From assembly GCA_963737265.1 (NCBI GenBank), contig CAVTRY010000012.1, positions 352,001 to 416,000 of the forward strand: DNA of 64,000 bases. Direction: 5' to 3'. The position numbers and the translations under genes were made by a program. Shown here piece after piece: positions 51,345-59,945 of the stretch. Positions within the stretch are counted from its first letter, which is position 1. Every line of letters begins with the position of its first letter. Source of the DNA: an uncultured delta proteobacterium (lineage in GTDB: Bacteria > Myxococcota_A > Polyangia > Fen-1088). Under the pieces are notes generated by a model that saw only the letters and a program-made list of their open reading frames with translations, searched no databases and was not told the origin of the DNA.

Positions 51345-52499
51345 TCACCCGACGAAAGCATCTGACCACAGCCGTTCTAGGAATTCCTGCCAGGGCAAAA
51401 TGAGAATCGCGCCGACCTTTCTCGGTGTTGCCTCCTGGCAGACCAAGACCAGGTGCTTCATCATTTTTTCTTCGGCCAGCGCCTCAAGGCCCCGTAGGTC
51501 TCGTGGGGAAACGCTGCGTGTGGCCTTCACCTCTATGGCCGTGTGCTCACCAAGAATGAAGTCGACTTCGAACTGGGAGGTGCTGCGCCAGTAGTGCAGG
51601 TCCCAGCCAGGACGGCGCGTATCGATGTACGTTCTTAGTTCGTGAAATAGGAAGTGCTCAAGGGCGTCCCCGAGATCGGTCGACCTCTGCACGAGCGGAG
51701 GCAACCTGCGCAGGGTACGTGCGACACCAACATCGAACAGGTAAAACTTCGCGGTTTCGACGGCCTTGCGTTTCTTGCTTCGATTCCAGGCCGGCAGCTC
51801 ATGCCCGATGAGCGTGTCTTTCAGAATCTCGAAATACTCGATGACGGTGGTACGCGGGACCTGGGCGTCGCTGGCAACCGCGGTCTTGTTGAACATCTGA
51901 CCGCTGCACGCGGCGGCCACCTCCAGAAAGCGGGCGAAGGCTGGAATGTTTCGCGTCAGCGCCTCGGCGGTGATCTCCTCTTTGAGGTAGGTGCCCACGT
52001 AGGATCGCAGGTCTTCGCTGGCATCGTCGGAAAAGTACACCGACGGCAAAAGCCCGCGGTTCAGCGCCGTCATCAGATCGAAGCGTGGTCCCAGTTCCTT
52101 CCATGAGAAGGGATGGAGATAGCGGGATCGCGCCCGTCCGCCAAGAAGATTGACACCAGACTGGCGCAGCTTCCTGGCCGAGGATCCGGTGAGAAGAAAG
52201 CGAATTTTCCGGGTCTCGATGAGAAGTTGGATTTCGTCGAGCAGGATGGGCAGCTTCTGGATCTCGTCGACCACAACCAGCTTGTTGCGAAAATTCTTGG
52301 CCTCGATCTCTTGCCGCATGCGCGTTGGGTCGGCGCTGAGGTCCATCCAAAGGCGATGGTCGAGCAGCTCATAGATCGGCGTGCCCTCGGGCACGGTCTC
52401 TCGGATCAGCATCGACTTTCCGGTCTGGCGAGGACCGAAGAGAAAACACGACTTGTGGGCCGTTGCCTCCATGAGATCGAGCTGTCTCGGTATGAACAT
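51345..52499 (-). CDS. AAA_14 ATPase with DUF4143 domain (ATPase 4)
   Basis: GPRQTGKS, VVDEIQ, TGSSARKL, TYLKEE, EVDF...IEVK. Confidence 0.9.
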   Translation of the reverse strand: MFIPRQLDLMEATAHKSCFLFGPRQTGKSMLIRETVPEGTPIYELLDHRLWMDLSADPTRMRQEIEAKNFRNKLVVVDEIQKLPILLDEIQLLIETRKIRFLLTGSSARKLRQSGVNLLGGRARSRYLHPFSWKELGPRFDLMTALNRGLLPSVYFSDDASEDLRSYVGTYLKEEITAEALTRNIPAFARFLEVAAACSGQMFNKTAVASDAQVPRTTVIEYFEILKDTLIGHELPAWNRSKKRKAVETAKFYLFDVGVARTLRRLPPLVQRSTDLGDALEHFLFHELRTYIDTRRPGWDLHYWRSTSQFEVDFILGEHTAIEVKATRSVSPRDLRGLEALAEEKMMKHLVLVCQEATPRKVGAILILPWQEFLERLWSDAFVG

Positions 52500-52743
52500 G
52501 TGCGCTCCCGTCGGCAGATCCGACGTTTATCATGATAATCGTCGGGTCGCCCGTCAAGGCGGCAAGGAAATTGGCACACCTGGCAGGGTCATCGTTCTGC
52601 GGCCCTGGATGGCTCGCCGAAGTGCTGGCGTCCACCCTCCCCTCACCGGCCGCGCCTCGCGCGTCCGCCTCTCCCGCTGCGCGGGCGAGGCAATGTGGCC
52701 GCTGCCGCGGCCGGGGCTGGGGATTTTGATGGCGATTGCAAGC

Positions 52744-53160
52744 TCAAGCTTCGGTCAGCCAGGCGAGCGCGGCTGGGCAGTCGACGATTCGAACTGGCGA
52801 TTCGACGAATCCTTTGGGATCGCGGGTCACGATGGCGTCGCAACCGCAGAATTCGGCCGCGCATGCGCAGACGGCGTCCTCGAAGTCGGGCCAGCCAAGG
52901 GACAAGGCTCGCCGCAGAACCTTCTCGTCAACCGACGCCACCGCAAAGGTGCGCAAGATTCCGTCGGTCGCGCGTCGGGCGAAAGCGGCGCCCTGGGCGC
53001 GGGAAACCAAATAGAAGATGGTCGTGACTCCATGAGCTGGGATGTAGCCCCGGCCCTTGCCCCGCTCGAGGGCGGCCCACAGGCGCGCCGCGCTGGCCGC
53101 TTCGGCTCGGTCCAGAACAACGTCGAGCACGATGTTCAGGTTGAGCAGCAGTCGCTTCAC
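52744..53160 (-). CDS. PIN-domain toxin (first Asp replaced by Asn)
   Basis: LLLNLNIVLD, DFEDAV, IVTRD. Confidence 0.82.
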   Translation of the reverse strand: MKRLLLNLNIVLDVVLDRAEAASAARLWAALERGKGRGYIPAHGVTTIFYLVSRAQGAAFARRATDGILRTFAVASVDEKVLRRALSLGWPDFEDAVCACAAEFCGCDAIVTRDPKGFVESPVRIVDCPAALAWLTEA

Positions 53161-53387
53161 CGATATTTCCTTCGCAGGTGACGCCCGTATTCGTCGCGGG
53201 AGACACCCTTGGCCGCTCCGCGCAACATGCGCAGGACCGGGGGATCGTCCTCCCCAGAAGTGACTGGCGCGCCGACCAGGCCGAGATAGCGCTCGACCAT
53301 CTGCGAAACCGAGGTGTCATGGTGAGCAGCGTAGCGTTTGGCCTGCGCGGCGACCTTCGCGTCCACGTTGAGGGTCAGCTTGGGCAT
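53157..53387 (-). CDS. DUF6364-like RHH antitoxin
   Basis: MPKLTLNVD...AKRYA....SVSQMVE; tgtacgtat occurs twice upstream. Confidence 0.82.
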   Translation of the reverse strand: MPKLTLNVDAKVAAQAKRYAAHHDTSVSQMVERYLGLVGAPVTSGEDDPPVLRMLRGAAKGVSRDEYGRHLRRKYR

Positions 53388-53434
53388 GTACGTATACTAG
53401 TTCAAGATTTGTACGTATGCCAGAGCACCTGGGG

Positions 53435-53935
53435 CTAGGGGTGCTTCCCTGAAATGGGGGCTGGGGCTTCACCTCGCCCCGCGCAGGTGGGATCGGAGGG
53501 AAAAACAGGGAGGAACGGAGGACCAGAGGGATCACGGGTTGGGTTGACGAGGCGGCGGAGACCCTCGCGAAGTACGGGGACGTGGAAATTGACGAGCAGG
53601 CCCACCGGCAGTCGTAGGAGCTTGAGATAGGTAATGACCTGTGCCAAGTGGACAGGAAGCAACTGCTCTACCGCCTTGACTTCGACGACCAAACGGCCTT
53701 CCACCATGAGGTCGAGGCGATAGCCGCAGTCAAGGTCAAGTCCTTTGTACTGCAGAGAAATCGCGACCTGACGTTGCGTGCGAAATCCACGCAGGCCTAG
53801 CTCGCGCGCCAGGCAGTGCTCGTAGGCCGACTCAAGCAGCCCGGGACCGAGGTGACGGTGGACTTCGATGCAGGCGGCGATAATTTGCCCAGTAAAGTCA
53901 TGCTGTCTCTGTTTCTCCGTTCCTCCCTGTTCCAT
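53435..53935 (-). CDS. GxxExxY protein (PD-(D/E)XK nuclease fold)
   Basis: LGPGLLESAYE, YRLDLMVE...VEVKAV, AQVITYLK, GLLVNF. Confidence 0.92.
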   Translation of the reverse strand: MEQGGTEKQRQHDFTGQIIAACIEVHRHLGPGLLESAYEHCLARELGLRGFRTQRQVAISLQYKGLDLDCGYRLDLMVEGRLVVEVKAVEQLLPVHLAQVITYLKLLRLPVGLLVNFHVPVLREGLRRLVNPTRDPSGPPFLPVFPSDPTCAGRGEAPAPISGKHP

Positions 53936-54017
53936 ATCTGCGTTTTCGGCGGCACTCCGCCAGAAGTTGCTACCTCACCGAGCCCCCGGCTGGGGCCCCC
54001 GTTTCAGGGAGGCACCC
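53439..54017 (-). mobile_element. 579-bp TIR-bounded element carrying only a GxxExxY gene
   Basis: 23-bp TIRs (53439-53461, 53995-54017; 2 mismatches) and 9-bp direct repeat tggggctag (53430-53438, 54018-54026). Confidence 0.88.
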
Positions 54018-54316
54018 TGGGGCTAGGGACCACCTCCGGGCATGGGCGTTAAGCGGTCAACCGCGTGTCCGGATGGCCATTCGTGATTTTGAGGACACAA
54101 ATCTTCGAATCGGGTCGCTCACCGGCCGCGCTTCGCGCGTCCGCCTCTCCCACTTCGTGGGCGAGGCAATATGGCCGCTGCGCGGCCGGGGGGAATGGCT
54201 GGTAATTGGGTGGCTGCGCAAGGCTATGGACCGGACTGGGGGGTGCGCCGATTATCCGGCCCCGCTGACTCGCCATGTCTTGCTCCCACCCCCAGCCACC
54301 AGCTATCATTACCATT

Positions 54317-54574
54317 ATGCCATCAACAATTACCATTGATGCCGCGGGCCGGTTGGTGGTGCCCCTGCCGGTGCGCCGCCGTTTGCGTCTGGTCGCCGGC
54401 AGCCGATTGCGCATCACCGAGGGGCCCCAGAGCATTCTTCTTGAACCCGAGCACGAGGAGGCGCGGATTGAGGAGAAGGGCGGGATCTTGGTAGTCGGCG
54501 GCCGACTTCACGGCACGGTGCCAGACCATCGCGACGTTCGCCACGACAGACTCGAGAGGCTGGCGGGCTCGTGA
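54317..54574 (+). CDS. AbrB/MazE-family antitoxin
   Basis: ITIDAAGRLVVPLPVRRRLRL. Confidence 0.85.
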   Translation: MPSTITIDAAGRLVVPLPVRRRLRLVAGSRLRITEGPQSILLEPEHEEARIEEKGGILVVGGRLHGTVPDHRDVRHDRLERLAGS

Positions 54575-55029
54575 AGGTTTGCTTCGACACGTCCGTTCTC
54601 GTTCCCGCGCTTGTGTCACCCCATCCGTTCCACGCCCGAGCCTTACGCTGGGTGCAGGCGGCTGCCAGCGACGAAATCCAGGGGGTCATGGCCTGGCACG
54701 CAGTGGCCGAGACGTGGTCGGTACTTACGCGCCTTCCAGTTTCTCCTCCCGTCGGTGCGCGCGCGGCCGAGCAGATGGTCGAGCGGTTGACCGAGCATAT
54801 CCGGCCCCTGGCTATGACCGCGGTTCTGTACCGACAGGCCATGCGTCGCTGCGCCGAGCGCGGCGAGCGCTCCGGTGCCATCTTCGATGCACTTCATCTG
54901 GTCGCGGCCGAGGCGTCGCAGTCGGAAGCTCTCGTCACGCTGAACCCCGCGGATTTCGAGCGGCTAGCGGCCCAGCACGGTCCGCGCATCATCGTGCCTC
55001 CTGATCCGCCTCGGATCACGGCTGGGTGA
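54571..55029 (+). CDS. PIN-domain toxin
   Basis: CFDTSVLV, AETWSVLTR, IFDALH, TLNPADF. Confidence 0.88.
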   Translation: MKVCFDTSVLVPALVSPHPFHARALRWVQAAASDEIQGVMAWHAVAETWSVLTRLPVSPPVGARAAEQMVERLTEHIRPLAMTAVLYRQAMRRCAERGERSGAIFDALHLVAAEASQSEALVTLNPADFERLAAQHGPRIIVPPDPPRITAG

Positions 55030-55190
55030 ATCCGTTCGGCTCCGTAGAAGGGGCCGGATCTTCGGCGGACCGAGAAGAAGGGGCCCGGATTTCTTTGTCG
55101 TGCGTCGGTCAATGCCCATGGGAATCGCCCCCCTCAAGCGGCGCGGCGGTGTGGGCCGATGAGAATGTCGGCAGAGATGCCCAACTCCCC

Positions 55191-55503
55191 TTAGCCAAGG
55201 CGCTCGCCAAGCTCTTTCAATCCCGCACCGAGGGGGACGACGTCGATATCTCGGAAACGGTATCGCTGGTGGCCGCCGTAAAGCAACAAGCCGCGCGCCT
55301 GCGGGTAGTCGGCACAGAACAATCGCCAAGGCTTCCAGTCGGTCAGCGTGCCCAGCCAGCTCGACAAAGGTGGATTCCTTGAGCAGGTCGACGCGAAGGG
55401 CGGAGGGCAGCGCCGACCCGATCCAAGTGGACTTTCCAGTACCACGCGGGCCAAATAGAAACAGGCTCGCGGAGCCCGGGAGGCTCATCGTTCTGGCAAT
55501 CAC
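55191..55503 (-). pseudogene. Head-to-tail deleted DUF4143 ATPase
   Basis: LFLFGPRGTGKSTW N-terminus joined out of frame to LFCADYPQARGLLLYGG...DVVP C-terminus. Confidence 0.8.
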
Positions 55504-55760
55504 GTTGCCATTCTTACCATAAAAAAGGCATCAGCGATGCCGGAACATGGGCAGGGTTCCAAGACTCCTCAGCGCGATCGGCGCTGAACACGGGCTGGCG
55601 ATTGACTGCGCGCCGGAGCGTGTGCTGGTAGCGCACGAACGCACTTCGCGCAAGCCGCCGGCTGGGGTCGAGGTTGTCGATGCCTGGCGCTACCTGCTGG
55701 CAGCTCGGCCTCCGCGCGGCGGTCCTCACGGCTGAAAGTGAGGCTTGCCCCCTGTCGACT

Positions 55761-55904
55761 GTGCCAGACCATCGCGACGTTCGCCACGACAGACTCGAGA
55801 GGCTGGCGCGCTATTGAAAGTTTGCTTCGACACGTCCGTTCTCGTTCCCGCGCTTGTGTCACCCATCCGTTCCACGCCCGAGCCCTGCGCTGGGTGCAGG
55901 CGGC
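55761..55904 (+). repeat. Duplicated AbrB/PIN junction fragment (54518-54662)
   Basis: Near-identical nucleotide match with small indels. Confidence 0.88.
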
Positions 55905-55964
55905 CGTCAGCGGGTCAAGGTGGCTGCGCGGGGCGCGGCGATCCGGGCGCTGGCGCGGCCATGA

Positions 55965-57408
55965 CTACCCCGCCAGATCGGTGCTTTCCGCGGACAGGAC
56001 CTTGGCGCCGGAGGGCTCGCCGAAGAGGTTCGTGCTGGCGTCTTCCAGGGCTTGTTTGAGCGAATCGAGCTCGGCTTCGCTGACGCTGAGGCCGCAGTGG
56101 TAGGCGACATTGACCAGGGCCGTGCCGGCAGAGATTTCGATGCCGCCGTGGAAGCGCTCGGTTTCGCGCCATTCCCCGTGCGTGCGCTGGATGGTGACGG
56201 GATCGCCGTCTTCCTGGCAGTCGATGGACAGGCGAACGGAGGTCATCGACAGCGCTTCGGCCACGGCCTTCAGTTCGCGCCATAGGGTCCGTTCGTCGGC
56301 GCTGGCGGCCAGCCTTGCCAACCGCTTGCTGGCGTCGAAAGCGGCTTGCGCGGCGGCGGTGCGCTTGAAGTGGCCATAGCCGAGCTTGCGGATGGCGAAG
56401 AAGCCGGCGGTGCCCATGACGAGCAAGATCAGCGCGGACTGGAGGCCGCTGGCCACGGTGAGCAGCAGGGCCATGATGCCGAGCAGGATGCAGGTGCCGT
56501 AGAGCAGCAGGACGGCCTGTTTTTGGCTGAGGCCGAGATCGAGCAGCTTGTGGTGGATGTGGGCGCGGTCGGCGCTGAACATGGGTTGGTGGTTGATGGC
56601 GCGCCGGATCATGGCGAGCAAGGTGTCGGCGATGGGCAGGCCCAGCGCGACGATGGGGATCAGGATGGCGACGGCGGTGGACGACTTCTGGTTGGTCTGG
56701 ATCGCGCCGACAGCAAGGACGTAGCCGAGGAACATGGAGCCGGTGTCGCCCATGAAGATGGAGGCGGGATTGAAGTTGTAGATAAGGAAACCGACGGTCG
56801 CGCCGCCGAGCGCGGCCATGAACAGCATCATGACGGGGTCGGCGCGGGTGGCGGCGAGCACGAAGGTGGTGACCAGGCCGAACAGACCGACGCCGGCGGC
56901 CAGACCATCGAGGCCGTCGATGAGGTTCATGGCGTTGATGACGCCCACGATCCACAGCATGGTGAAGATGAGGCTGAGCGGGCCCAGGCTGAAGACGCCG
57001 ATGAAGGGCAGGGCGAGGACGTCGATGCGAAAGCCGACCCGTAAAGCGCGCCGGCGATGGCGAACTGGGCCAGGAATTTTACCTTCGCGCCCGAGCCGCT
57101 GAATGTCGTCGTACAGGCCGAGCGCGCAGATGGCGATGCCTCCGATAAGGAAGGCGAGGGCGCGGAGCGAGTTGGCGTAGAAGATTCCGCCCACGCTGCT
57201 GGCTTCGAGAAGCAAGGGCCAAAAGCGGGGTGTAAGAACCCGCGGCAATGGCGATGCCGCCCAGGCGCGGGATGGGGCGGCCATGGATCTTGCGGGCCGC
57301 GACGTGGTCGTCGAAGAGATGGTGTTTGAGGGCGAAGCGCCGCACGAAAGGCGTCAGCAGTCCTGACACCAGGCAAGCTAGGACGAAGGCAACACCGGCT
57401 GTTCGCAT
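55965..57408 (-). CDS. wecA: WecA/MraY-family polyprenyl-phosphate GlcNAc-1-phosphate transferase (several apparent frameshifts)
   Basis: RKIHGRPIPRLGGIA, GLYDD, NAMNLIDGLDGLA, FMGDTGS, DRAHIHH across three frames. Confidence 0.88.
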
Positions 57409-57621
57409 GATGACTGTATGTTTTCTCTAAAGAACGAATGGCACGACCGTCAAACGGTCTTCCCGACGAGTATGGGCAGGTAAGATACTGTTTACTTCAA
57501 TAACTTTCTCGTTGTCTTGGATTTTGGCCAGCACGGGCCGGACTTCGTGATCGGCCAGATCGCGCTAGCGGCCGGCATTATACGCGCCAGCGGGGGGCTG
57601 TGCGAGGCCCTCACCGGCCTC

Positions 57622-58136
57622 GGGTGCTTCCCTGAAATGGGGGCTGGGGCTTCACCTCGCCCCGCGCAGGTGGGATCGGAGGGAAAAACAGGGAGGAACG
57701 GAGGACCAGAGGAATCACGGGTTGGGTTGACGAGGCGGCGGAGACCCTCGCGAAGTACGGGGACGTGGAAATTGACGAGCAGGCCCACCGGCAGTCGTAG
57801 GAGCTTGAGATAGGTAATGACCTGTGCCAAGTGGACAGGAAGCAACTGCTCTACCGCCTTGACTTCGACGACCAAACGGCCTTCCACCATGAGGTCGAGG
57901 CGATAGCCGCAGTCGAGGTCAATGCCTTTGTACTGCAGAGAAATCGCGACCTGACGTTGCGTGCGAAATCCACGCAGGCCTAGCTCGCGCGCCAGGCAGT
58001 GCTCGGAGGCCGACTCAAGCAGCCCGGGACCGAGGTGACGGTGGACTTCGATGCAGGCGGCGATAATTTGCCCAGTAAAGTCATCCTGTCTCTGTTTCTC
58101 CGTTCCTCGCTGTTCCATATCTGCGTTTTCGGCGGC
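57622..58136 (-). mobile_element. Second copy of the GxxExxY element (ORF start 58118; motif Tyr changed to Ser; right end lost)
   Basis: Colinear with 53439-53953; begins exactly at the GGGTGCTTCCCTGAAA TIR inside a REP-like stub. Confidence 0.9.
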
Positions 58137-58673
58137 CCCTTCGTGGGAGCGGACGTCGCATTTCATCCGAGCCCCGTCGTCGCGCTGGGGCTCGACGCCG
58201 CCTGGTACGCGCCCTTCAACCGCTCGGCGGCCATGCCTCCGTCGTATCCACTCAACGAGACGAGAGACTCGGTCGATCTGGACGTGACCGTCGCCCCCTG
58301 GCCGGCGTACCGGCCTGGCGCGCTCGAGCCCTATCTCCTCGCCGGTCTCGGGGCGCTGCAGTCCCGTCCCATCGCCGTCGTAGACCCGGCGAACAGGTCG
58401 TTCTCGTACAACACGCTCGCGGATCTCACCTTTGGAGTCGGCGTCCGCGTCTTCGCGGGAGAGCGGGTCGCGATGACTCTCGAGCTCCGCAATCTCCTCT
58501 ACTTCGAGAAGACCGAGAACCACCAGGTCGCGAACGGACCAATCGCGGGGCCGGGCGCGTCCGGCTTCGCCGACAGCCCGCGCAACCCGGCCACCTGGTA
58601 CAATCCCCGCACTCACCTCACGAACGCCATCCAGCTCCGCCTCGGCGTGAGCTTCTTCGTTCTCGGAGGTTGA
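58137..58673 (+). pseudogene. 3' part of a myxobacterial-type outer-membrane beta-barrel protein, 5' end missing
   Basis: Alternating beta strands, EPYLLAGLG, C-terminal LRLGVSFF; upstream is GxxExxY element DNA. Confidence 0.65.
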
Positions 58674-58713
58674 CGGCTCCACTCAGCGAGAGAGGTTCTG
58701 ACGGTCTAGGCCT

Positions 58714-59895
58714 CTACGCGATCACTCGCACTCCTCGCACGACGCGAGCCGCCTTGACGCGCGCTTCTTCGAGGCTCACGCCGCGCGCCAGCGCCACCCC
58801 GAGGCGACGCGGCCCCCGGAGCTCCGGCTTGCCGAAGAGGCGCAGGTTCGTGTCGGGCTCGGCGAGCGCGTCGTCGTCGATCTCGTAGCGGGGGCCGTCG
58901 CTCTGCCCGTCGCCGAGGACGACGTACGACGCGCTCGGCCCGTGCTGGCGGATCGGGCCGATGGGAAGCCCCAGGATCGCCCGCACGTGGAGCGCGAACT
59001 GCGAGAGGTCCTGCGAGATCATCGTGACCATCCCCGTATCGTGCGGGCGCGGCGAGACCTCGCTGAAGAGCACCTCGTCGCCTTTCACGAAGAGCTCGAC
59101 CCCGAAGATGCCCCGTCCCCCGAGGTCGCCGGTGATGGCGCGGGCGATGCGCTCGGCCTCGCGAAAGGCCGCGTCGGACATCGGCTGCGGCTGCCAGCTC
59201 TCGTGGTAGTCGCCGCGCACCTGCCGGTGGCCGATCGGCTCGCACAGCGACGTGCCCGCCGCGTGCCTCACGGTGAGCATGGTGATCTCGTAGTCGAAGT
59301 CGACGAACCCTTCGACGATGACCTTGCCCCCGCCCGTGCGCCCATGCTCCTGCGCGTAGGTGTACGCGAGCTCACCCTCCTCGCGATCGCGCACCACGCT
59401 CTGGCCCTTCCCCGAGGAGCTCATGATGGGCTTGACCACGCAGGGAAGCCCCACCTTCGCGAGCGCCGCGCGATATTCGTCGCGGTCCGACGCGAACGCG
59501 TAGGGCGACGTCCGCAAACCGAGCTTCTCCGCCGCGAGCCGCCGGATGCCCTCGCGGTCCATCGTGAGCCGCGCCGCCCGCGCCGTCGGGATGACCGTGA
59601 CCCCTTCGGCTTCGAGATCGACCAGGGTCGGGGTGGCGATCGCCTCGAGCTCGGGCACGACGAAGTCGGGGCGTTCGGCCAGGATCACGCGCCGGAGCTC
59701 CCCCGCGTCGGTCATCGGGATGACGTGCGACCGGTGCGCGACCTGCATCGCCGGTGCCCCCGCGTACCGGTCGACCGCGATCACGGTGACGCCGAAGCGC
59801 GTGGCCTCGATCGCGACCTCTTTCCCCAGCTCTCCGGACCCGAGGAGCAGGAGCTTCGTCTCGACAGACGTGCCCGGCGTGCCGATACGAACCAT
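58714..59895 (-). CDS. purT: Formate-dependent phosphoribosylglycinamide formyltransferase
   Basis: [36 protein letters not shown]. Confidence 0.95.
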   Translation of the reverse strand: MVRIGTPGTSVETKLLLLGSGELGKEVAIEATRFGVTVIAVDRYAGAPAMQVAHRSHVIPMTDAGELRRVILAERPDFVVPELEAIATPTLVDLEAEGVTVIPTARAARLTMDREGIRRLAAEKLGLRTSPYAFASDRDEYRAALAKVGLPCVVKPIMSSSGKGQSVVRDREEGELAYTYAQEHGRTGGGKVIVEGFVDFDYEITMLTVRHAAGTSLCEPIGHRQVRGDYHESWQPQPMSDAAFREAERIARAITGDLGGRGIFGVELFVKGDEVLFSEVSPRPHDTGMVTMISQDLSQFALHVRAILGLPIGPIRQHGPSASYVVLGDGQSDGPRYEIDDDALAEPDTNLRLFGKPELRGPRRLGVALARGVSLEEARVKAARVVRGVRVIA

Positions 59896-59945
59896 GGGGA
59901 CGCACCGTAGCGCCGGGCCGGCGGTTGTCGCTACTTCGCGAAGGT

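Noticed and set aside
44755-57619. Classical integron
   Set aside because: No IntI or other tyrosine recombinase in the window, and the repeats lack recognisable attC RYYYAAC/GTTRRRY ends.
57492-58682. 396-aa fusion protein ending in GxxExxY
   Set aside because: Its N-terminal part is the antisense of the beta-barrel fragment across the junction; the real start is 58118.
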